NCBI GenBank assembly: GCA_041937175.2
Contig: CP166615.1
Span: forward strand, 2,624,001-2,688,000
From: Limnothrix sp. BL-A-16
GTDB taxonomy: Bacteria; Cyanobacteriota; Cyanobacteriia; CACIAM-69d
Length of the DNA stretch: 64,000 nucleotides
Direction of reading: 5' to 3'
Below the pieces are notes generated by a model, which had not been told where the DNA came from, searched no databases, and was given only the letters and a program-made list of their open reading frames with translations. The position numbers and the translations under genes were made by a program. Of this stretch, positions 56,564 through 64,000 are shown one piece after another; position 1 is the stretch's first letter, and each line of letters starts with the position of its first letter.

Positions 56564-57375
56564 GGAAAATCAGTCCTGCAAGGAGATTGAAGCACGACTG
56601 GCACAATAGGAAACATGGCTCGTGAAACTTCACTGAGAAAAGCTGGCTCAATTGATCCTGAAGGCTCAACGAAGCTGGATCAATTTCCCAGGCTAATTTC
56701 AGTCTTGATTAAGCTTCACTTTCGAGGAATTGAAAAATTATGGATTAATGGCCACTATGGTTTGGGCGATGATTTGGGCGATCGCTCTGCGGAACAATTC
56801 AGACAGGAATTTTTTTAGGAAACTGAAATTCAGATCTGAAATCCAAATTTGTCAATTCACGATCAAAATCAACATTCAAGATCAACACTCAAAGGTTAAT
56901 GTTGATGATTTAGACAAAAAATCATCAGCTAAACAATCAAAAAAAGCTGATAATTTCTATCTAGAATTGCCGCCCAGATTTAGCTAAAGCAATTTTATCA
57001 AGTGGGATTCATCAGTGTAGGCCGATTCAAGGTAGACCGATTCAAATTGATGCAAATCGACTCAAGTGATTTAACTTGGGTGAATTAGTGAATCAGGTGA
57101 GTCGGGTAAATGAATTGAAGCGGACTAGGTAGTGACGATTCAGCAACAGCCAAGATTTAGCAATCCATTCAGGCTTGTTGTATTTGACTTTACTTGCCAA
57201 GTGTAAAAATCTAGGGAAGACAGAGGAAAATTTACATCAAACCTAGGAAAGGTGGGCTTTCTGAAGGATTCCGCTGGGAAATTTTGGCGCGGAGGTCGAT
57301 CGAGAGGTAAAGCCTGTCGTCGTTTTCTGAAGTCAGGCGAAAACGGTTGATTTTCGATACCCCGATCGCCGCAAC

Positions 57376-57463
57376 GAGGGGCTTAAGCCCCTTGTCTACA
57401 TCGATCCCTGGGGCGTACAGAGTAGCAATTTTGGCTTTTCAGACATTCTCTAAGCCCCTTGTC
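57376..57463 (-). mobile_element. Half-MITE nested in the dispersed palindrome
   Basis: Palindrome, then the reverse complement of the left half of MITE copy 2, TIR CTTTTCAGACATTCTC (57435-57450), then TAAGCCCCTTGTC. Confidence 0.85.
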
Positions 57464-57662
57464 TTCCCGATCCACTAGGGTTGGAATCGGGGTTTTGAAC
57501 GATTTGCCGACATGCCCTGATGCCCTTGGGAGTGGATGGCCAGGGAATGGTGGGCTAGGCACAACCTAGACACAACTCTTAGCAACCTGTGATTAACTGG
57601 TAGCTACGTTGACCATTGCTGGCAAACGGGTCTTAATTTGGGTGAATGGAACAATTGGCAAC

Positions 57663-58751
57663 ATGAGCAATCCCTTGCGTATTGGACTGTTGTTTGGTGG
57701 GCGATCGGGCGAGCATGAGGTGTCGATTCGATCGGCGGCGGCGGCGGCTCGGGCCCTGCAAGCAGACAGCAATCGCGATCGCTATCAGGTGTTGCCGTTC
57801 TATTTGCAAAAGGATGGGCTTTGGCAAGGGCCAGCGGTGGCCCAAGGGGTGTTGGAGTCAGGGCAACCCTTGCCGAGTGACGATCGACCGACCGATCGCG
57901 CGGCGCTTTGGCAATTCCCCCCCGAGGCCACCACGGTGGATGTCTGGTTTCCGACGCTGCACGGGCCCAATGGGGAAGATGGGTCAGTCCAGGGGTTGCT
58001 GCAACTAATGCAGGTTCCCTGGGTCGGGTCGGGTGTGCTGGGGTCAGCGGCGGGCATGGACAAAATTGCCATGAAGATGCTGTTCGCCCAGGCGGGATTG
58101 CCGCAAGTGGCCTATCGACTGGTGACCCGATCGGAAGTTTGGTCCAATCCTTGCGTGTTTCCGAAGCTCTGCGATCAGCTTGAGGCGGATTTGGGCTATC
58201 CCTGCTTTGTGAAACCGGCGAATCTCGGATCCTCCGTGGGCATTGCCAAGGCGCGATCGCGTGCTGAATTGGAAGCGGCCCTGGACAGTGCAGCCAGTTT
58301 CGATCGACGGCTCATTGTGGAAGCGGCGGCGGGGGGCAAACCACGGGAGGTGGAATGCGCCGTGCTGGGCAATGATCAGCCGATCGCCTCGGTGATTGGG
58401 GAAATCACCTTCGAGAGCGAGTTTTATGACTACGACACCAAATATTCCGACGGGGCGGCGGACTTGGTGATTCCAGCAGCCTTGCCCGCCCCGGTGGTCG
58501 ATCGTCTGCAAACCATGGCCAAGGAGGCTTTTTTAGCCCTTGATTGTGCCGGGTTGGCGCGGGTTGATTTTTTCTATGTGGAAGCGACGGGCGAGATCTT
58601 TTTGAACGAGATCAACACCCTGCCGGGTTTCACCGCCACCAGTATGTATCCCCAATTGTGGGAAGCGACCGGAATTCCCTTTTCGGAATTAGTACACCGA
58701 TTGGTAACGCTGGCAATTGAACGTCATACCGTGGCACAAGGGGCGCAGTAA
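57663..58751 (+). CDS. ddl: D-alanine--D-alanine ligase
   Basis: [49 protein letters not shown]; start set at MSNPLR. Confidence 0.96.
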   Translation: MSNPLRIGLLFGGRSGEHEVSIRSAAAAARALQADSNRDRYQVLPFYLQKDGLWQGPAVAQGVLESGQPLPSDDRPTDRAALWQFPPEATTVDVWFPTLHGPNGEDGSVQGLLQLMQVPWVGSGVLGSAAGMDKIAMKMLFAQAGLPQVAYRLVTRSEVWSNPCVFPKLCDQLEADLGYPCFVKPANLGSSVGIAKARSRAELEAALDSAASFDRRLIVEAAAGGKPREVECAVLGNDQPIASVIGEITFESEFYDYDTKYSDGAADLVIPAALPAPVVDRLQTMAKEAFLALDCAGLARVDFFYVEATGEIFLNEINTLPGFTATSMYPQLWEATGIPFSELVHRLVTLAIERHTVAQGAQ

Positions 58752-59711
58752 ATGACGGCTGGAGCATCGCGATCATCTTCTTTACCGGATGGGGAATCGA
58801 ATCCTTTTGATGCGGCCCTGAAGCGAGGATCGCCCCAGTTGCCGGCCTTGCCGCCGCGCCCGATGCCGCCGGCCGCGCCCGCTCCGTTGCCACGTTATGG
58901 GCCGCCACCGCCGCTATCGGCTCCGTTGCCGCGATCGCCCCAACCGCTGCCAAAACCCGCCCCAAAGCCTGAACCAGCACCCAGAGAAGAGGCGCTGCCC
59001 CAGCACGGCGATCTTGATCGCAACGGCTCGATCATTGGTGCAAATCGCCCTCGATCGATATCCCTAGGTCGCAATGGACTGGATCGCAATGGACTAGACC
59101 GCACTGATCAACCCAGTCAATCTAGATCCGCCGACCAGGATTCAGCACAGCCCAATCCTGCCTTCGGAAATCGCGGGCGATCGCGCTATCGTCGGCCCGG
59201 GCGATCGAGTGACGGGGCCCCGACTTCCTCAACGGCCCTTGCTCCGATCGGGCGATCGCGCCGTCGCCGGCCGTCACCCACCTGGCTGGCCCAAATGCCA
59301 ACGGTGGTAACAGCTCTGGAGCGCCTGTTGCGGGGACGGGTCTTAATTGGGCTATTTGTGTTTTGGGCTTTGTTTTGGCTGGTGGGCGGCGTGGCGATCG
59401 TCCGCTTGCTGAAGATGGATCGCCCAGCGGAAGTGATTCCGTTGCAAGTGGGTCAAAACCCAGAGGGTTCAGGGGCGATCGGGAACACCGCCAGCCCCAG
59501 CCCCGCGCCGCCTCCCCTGCCCACCGACAGTGAGCGCCGTTTTCAACAAAATTCCACCACCGCCAACGCTCCGGCCAACGGCTTTGGAGAGTTGCAACCC
59601 ATGGTGCGCCCGCAGCGATCGGGCCCCCCGTTGGGATTATTTGCCGGAGTGGTGGTGCTCTGTAGTTTGGGCGCTTGGGTGCGCTTACAACAAATGAGTC
59701 GCCGGCCCTAG
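58752..59711 (+). CDS. Hypothetical Pro-rich, largely disordered membrane protein (2 TM)
   Basis: ATG immediately after the ddl stop; Pro-rich N-terminus; two hydrophobic helices. Confidence 0.7.
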   Translation: MTAGASRSSSLPDGESNPFDAALKRGSPQLPALPPRPMPPAAPAPLPRYGPPPPLSAPLPRSPQPLPKPAPKPEPAPREEALPQHGDLDRNGSIIGANRPRSISLGRNGLDRNGLDRTDQPSQSRSADQDSAQPNPAFGNRGRSRYRRPGRSSDGAPTSSTALAPIGRSRRRRPSPTWLAQMPTVVTALERLLRGRVLIGLFVFWALFWLVGGVAIVRLLKMDRPAEVIPLQVGQNPEGSGAIGNTASPSPAPPPLPTDSERRFQQNSTTANAPANGFGELQPMVRPQRSGPPLGLFAGVVVLCSLGAWVRLQQMSRRP

Positions 59712-59888
59712 GGCAATCCATAGAATGAAAAACGAGAGCGATCGACCGGCAAAGCCTAACGCCCCCCATCCATTGGTTTGATGACCTTTGGGGTTGAGTT
59801 TGGGGTGAATTTCGGTTTAGACCAAGGGTTGGGCAAAATCAAAAGTTGCGAACAAAGCCGTTGCGATCGGGCAACAGGAGAACTGAAT

Positions 59889-60710
59889 TTGGCCTTGCGC
59901 ATTCAACAGCTACAGCAATGGAAACAACAGGGTCGCCCGATCGCAGCTCTCACGGCCTGGGATTGGCTGTGGGCCCGTCTGCTCGATCGCGCGGGGGTTG
60001 ATCTGCTGCTGGTGGGCGACTCCTTGGCCATGGTGGCCCTGGGCCACAAAACCACCCTGCCCCTAACCCTCGACCAAATGATTCACCACGCGGCCGCCGT
60101 TGCCCGTGGGGTGGAGAGCGCTTTGGTGGTGGTGGATTTACCCTTTTTGACCTACCAAGCCAGTGCAGCGGAAGCCATCACCTCCGCCGGTCGGATTTTG
60201 AAGGAAACCGGGGCACAGGCCGTGAAGCTCGAAGGGGGCTATCCGGAAATGGCCGCCACCGTGGCTCGATTGGTGCGATCGGGCATTCCCGTCATGGGCC
60301 ATGTGGGCCTCACCCCCCAATCGGTGAATCAACTGGGCTATCGACAACAGGGCCGCAGCCCGGCCGAGGGCGATCGCATCCTAGCCGAAGCCCTCGCCCT
60401 AGAGGCCGCCGGGGCGTTTGCCATTGTTTTGGAGCATGTACCCGCCACCCTGGCCGAGCGCATTACCCGACAGCTCGCCATCCCCACCATCGGCATCGGG
60501 GCGGGCACAGCCTGCGATGGTCAGGTACTGGTGACCGCCGACCTATTGGGCTTGAGCGACCAAACCCCGCCCTTCTCCAAAACCTACGCGGATTTGGGAG
60601 CAGCGGTGATTGCGGCGGCGGAAACCTACTGCCAAGAGGTGCGATCGAGACAATTTCCACCGGCTTCCCTATCGGCCGCTTCCCAGACTCACCAGTCGAT
60701 CGGCTCCTGA
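59889..60710 (+). CDS. panB: 3-methyl-2-oxobutanoate hydroxymethyltransferase
   Basis: [47 protein letters not shown] start behind AGGAG. Confidence 0.95.
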   Translation: MALRIQQLQQWKQQGRPIAALTAWDWLWARLLDRAGVDLLLVGDSLAMVALGHKTTLPLTLDQMIHHAAAVARGVESALVVVDLPFLTYQASAAEAITSAGRILKETGAQAVKLEGGYPEMAATVARLVRSGIPVMGHVGLTPQSVNQLGYRQQGRSPAEGDRILAEALALEAAGAFAIVLEHVPATLAERITRQLAIPTIGIGAGTACDGQVLVTADLLGLSDQTPPFSKTYADLGAAVIAAAETYCQEVRSRQFPPASLSAASQTHQSIGS

Positions 60711-60783
60711 TTCGCGCCTCCTCATTGGCTTCTGATTGGGAACCACATCAAGCCCAGTGCCCGGCATCTTGGCTACCAGCCCC

Positions 60784-63700
60784 TCAAGAGGGCGCATTGG
60801 GCTGCCAAAGCGGAATCGTAATTTCAAACGTGCTGCCTTCCCCAGGGGCTGACTCGCAAATCAGCGTGCCCCCGTGCTTCTCCGTCACAATTTGGTAGCT
60901 AATTGACAATCCCAGCCCCGTGCCTTTGCCCACGGGCTTGGTGGTGTAAAACGGGTCAAACAGCCGTTGCTGCACCTCCTGCGGAATTCCCAGCCCATTA
61001 TCTTGAATCCGAATCACCGCTTGCTCACCCCGGCGTTCCGTCATAATCCGAATTCGGCTCGGGTTCGCTTGCATTTCCGCCATCGATCGCTGCTGATCTC
61101 GTTCCTCCAAGGTGTCGATCGCATTGACCAAAATATTCATAAACACCTGATTGAGTTGCCCCGCATAGCACTCAATTTCTGGCAATGTTCCATAATCTCG
61201 AATCACCTCAATACCCAACCGATTATTCTTCGGTTTCATCCGCCCATTCAAAATTGTGAGGGTGCTATCCAATCCCTCATGGATATTCACCACCTTCATT
61301 TCCGCCTCATCCATGCGGGAGAAAATTCGCAGTGATTGCACAATTTCCTTAATTCGCTCTGCCCCCAATTTCATCGAATCAAGCATTTTGGGCAAATCAA
61401 TCATCAAAAAGTCCAGATCAATTTCCTCAATGAGGTCAGCGATCGGCTGTTCTAAATCAGGATAAAAGTCGCGATATAACGCCACTAATCGCAATAGATC
61501 TCTGCTGTAATCTTCCGTATGAGCTAAGTTGCCATAAATAAAGTTCACGGGATTATTAATCTCATGGGCTACCCCAGCCACCAACTGCCCCAAACTCGAC
61601 ATTTTTTCCTGTTGCACCAATTTGGTTTGGGTCAGGCGCAGTTCTTGTAACGCTTGCTCTAGGGCGATCGCCTTGGCACGGGCTTCGGCGGCGGCCATTT
61701 CGGTTCGCTCAAACAAATCTGCCTGATTTTTCGCGATCGCCACCTGATTCACCACAGCCTGCACCAACGCCACCTCATCCGACTGCCACTGATGCTGATG
61801 GGATATCTGCGAGCAAGAGATCACCACCATGCGGGAACTGTGGATCCGCACCGGCACAATCAAGAGCGATCGCACCTTCGTGCGAGACAGGGCCAGCCGC
61901 TCTTGGGCAGGTAGTTGTTTCACGTCGTCAATTTGCACCACTTCCATCCGAGCAACCTTCGCCGCCAACGAGCCAAATTGAGACTCGTGGTAAGTACCAA
62001 TTGCCGAAGGAATAGCGGGATCTCTCGCTTCCGCCACAACCGTCCAAGCCCCATCTGCCAGTCCCTCGGTTGCTGAATTGGTCGCCGATTCCGCTTCCAA
62101 GGTCGTTTGGTTAATTGGTTGGTCAGTTAGTTGATCAGTGGGTTGGTCAATTGGTTGGTCAACGGATTGATTACTCGGTTCCTCAACTCGTTGATTCGCT
62201 TGTTCACTAACCTGCTGGTCATACAAGGCGAAGGTGGCTAGATCGACCCCCAAGGCCAGGCGAATTTCCTCCAAGGCAAACCCAATCACCTGTTCCTTGG
62301 AGCCATGGATGCTTTTGCGAATTTCCGTTGAAAGGGTATTAATCAGCCGTTCCCGTTCCACCTGTCGTTGCAAACAGTGCTGGGAATCTCGCAGGGCCTG
62401 TTCCACCTGCTTCAGGGCTGCAATGTTTCGGGCCACGTTGGACAGATATTCCACCTGTCCATTGCGCCCGTAATGCACCAAAGCCACTTGGGACACGGGA
62501 ATCGGATTCCCGGCTCGATCGCAAAATAAGCTTTCCCCTTGCCACACCCCTTCCTGCAACAACTGGGGAAACTGCTCTTGAATCCGGTTCCGCTCCGAGG
62601 GGTGCAGCAACTGGGCAATGTTCAAGCGCAAAATCTCCTCGGCGCTGTAGCCCAACATGGCGCAACCAGCGGGGTTGACATAGGTTAAGTTGCCGTGAAT
62701 GTCGGTGGTTCCCACAAAGTCCGTGGTCGCCTCCAAAATGGCTAGCAGGCGCTGTTGTTCCCGTTCAATTTGCTTGCGTTCCGTGGTGTCGATCGCCACC
62801 AACAGCAATCCGGTAATGGCCCCCGTGTGATCTCGCAGCGGTGTTTTAACCACATCAAAATCACGCAATTCGCCGGCCGCATTGGGGAACTGCTCTTCAA
62901 CTTGAATCGTTTTCCCGAGGGTAAGGCAGCGTTGATCGGACAGCAGACAAACGCGGCAGGACTCTTCTCCCAGCACGTCTTGATAGTGATTGGCCGCCAG
63001 CAGGGTAGATTCTTCGATGCCAAAGGTTTGACAGAGGGGCCGATTGGCCAAGCGCACTCGCCCTTGGGCATCCGTGAGCCAAATCAGCAGTGGGGCCGTG
63101 TCCAGCACGGTGCGCAGGGTGCGCTCCTGTTCCATCAGGCGAATTTCGGCCTGTTTGCGTTCGGTAATGTCCGTGTCCACCCCCACCCACTCGCGGATGG
63201 TTCCATCGGCTTCCAACACGGGCACACCCCGCACCACCATGTAGCGATATTCACCATCGGCACGACGCAACCGATGCTCAATTTTGTAGGGCTGTTGTTG
63301 TTGGCGGGCCGTTTGCCAAGCTGCTTGGGTATAACCGCGATCGTCGGGGTGAACGGCCATCAACCATCCTTGGCCGCAATAGTCTGCAAAGGATTGGCCG
63401 GTGAAGTGGGCCCAGTGGGGCATGGGTTCGGTGACTTCTCCATCGGCGTTGGTGTGCCACAGGGTTTGGCCCATGGCTTCCACCAGGCAGCGATAGCGTT
63501 CTTCGCTTTGGCGCAGGCGATCTTCGGCCACGATGCGGGCGGTGATGTCGGTGGCAATGGACAGACAGCCAATCATGTCCCCCTGCTCGTTGCGAAGGGG
63601 GGCGTTTTGCCATTCGCAAAGGATGATGCGACCGTCGCGGGTGCGGTTGTAGTTGCGGAACCGGCTGCCGCCACGACCGGTCATCAGATCGGCAATCAGG

Positions 63701-64000
63701 GCATAAACTTTGGGCTGTTCGTTTTCGGGCAGGATTCGATCGAACGGTTGATTGATCATGTCTTCGGCGGTGTAGCCGAAGAGTTCGGTGGCGGCGCGGT
63801 TCCAGGTGATGATGCGCCCATCGGAGAGCCATTCAATGATGGCAACGGGAATGCGTTGCACCAGAGATGACCAGCGCTTTTTTGAGGACTGGAGGGCCTG
63901 TTCGGTGGCTTTGCGATCGGTTACGTCAAAAATCACCCCATCCAGCCACATCAGTTGTCGGTTGTGGTTGAAGCTGGGTTGTCCCTGTTCCACCACCCAA
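60784..64000 (-). CDS. Multi-PAS/GAF sensor histidine kinase (5' end beyond window)
   Basis: At least four PAS/PAC repeats (e.g. VHPDDR, DITERK), a GAF-like domain, AHEINNP and KGTGLGL. Confidence 0.92.
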   Translation of the reverse strand, partial: WVVEQGQPSFNHNRQLMWLDGVIFDVTDRKATEQALQSSKKRWSSLVQRIPVAIIEWLSDGRIITWNRAATELFGYTAEDMINQPFDRILPENEQPKVYALIADLMTGRGGSRFRNYNRTRDGRIILCEWQNAPLRNEQGDMIGCLSIATDITARIVAEDRLRQSEERYRCLVEAMGQTLWHTNADGEVTEPMPHWAHFTGQSFADYCGQGWLMAVHPDDRGYTQAAWQTARQQQQPYKIEHRLRRADGEYRYMVVRGVPVLEADGTIREWVGVDTDITERKQAEIRLMEQERTLRTVLDTAPLLIWLTDAQGRVRLANRPLCQTFGIEESTLLAANHYQDVLGEESCRVCLLSDQRCLTLGKTIQVEEQFPNAAGELRDFDVVKTPLRDHTGAITGLLLVAIDTTERKQIEREQQRLLAILEATTDFVGTTDIHGNLTYVNPAGCAMLGYSAEEILRLNIAQLLHPSERNRIQEQFPQLLQEGVWQGESLFCDRAGNPIPVSQVALVHYGRNGQVEYLSNVARNIAALKQVEQALRDSQHCLQRQVERERLINTLSTEIRKSIHGSKEQVIGFALEEIRLALGVDLATFALYDQQVSEQANQRVEEPSNQSVDQPIDQPTDQLTDQPINQTTLEAESATNSATEGLADGAWTVVAEARDPAIPSAIGTYHESQFGSLAAKVARMEVVQIDDVKQLPAQERLALSRTKVRSLLIVPVRIHSSRMVVISCSQISHQHQWQSDEVALVQAVVNQVAIAKNQADLFERTEMAAAEARAKAIALEQALQELRLTQTKLVQQEKMSSLGQLVAGVAHEINNPVNFIYGNLAHTEDYSRDLLRLVALYRDFYPDLEQPIADLIEEIDLDFLMIDLPKMLDSMKLGAERIKEIVQSLRIFSRMDEAEMKVVNIHEGLDSTLTILNGRMKPKNNRLGIEVIRDYGTLPEIECYAGQLNQVFMNILVNAIDTLEERDQQRSMAEMQANPSRIRIMTERRGEQAVIRIQDNGLGIPQEVQQRLFDPFYTTKPVGKGTGLGLSISYQIVTEKHGGTLICESAPGEGSTFEITIPLWQPNAPS

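Overview
Cyanobacterial chromosomal window: the HIP1 octamer GCGATCGC is abundant, and the merged S10-spc-alpha-L13/S9-L31 ribosomal cluster lacks rpsJ, rpsN, rpmD and rpsD, as is usual in cyanobacteria. 1-16.5 kb is the minus-strand ribosomal superoperon rplC..rpmE, including rpmJ (missing from the ORF track), behind a canonical sigma70 promoter and a ~380-nt structured leader. 16.6-32.3 kb holds glyS, a membrane adenylate cyclase, clpB, two tandem Uma2 nucleases, ruvX, an orphan nucleotidyltransferase, dedA and ahcY. 32.4-46.1 kb is an island-like block bounded by two ~307-bp direct repeats (5' fragments of a restriction-endonuclease-like gene, both cut at the same point). It carries a corrin-ring synthesis cluster mixing cobG with cbiD, a cbiMNQO cobalt ECF transporter, two cobalamin riboswitches and rocD with an NtcA-like box. 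46.1-51.4 kb is a three-gene operon: Tat solute-binding lipoprotein, Cache/HAMP hybrid kinase and REC-kinase. 51.6-64 kb holds miaB, rnc, a histidine kinase, ddl, panB and a partial multi-PAS/GAF kinase. A ~130-bp MITE family (TIR GAGGATGTCTGAAAAG) carrying an internal palindrome occurs 3.5 times; one copy appears to have inserted into the centre of that same palindrome. No tRNA, rRNA, CRISPR array, integrase or transposase was seen. All product calls come from recognising motifs by eye; no database searches were run.
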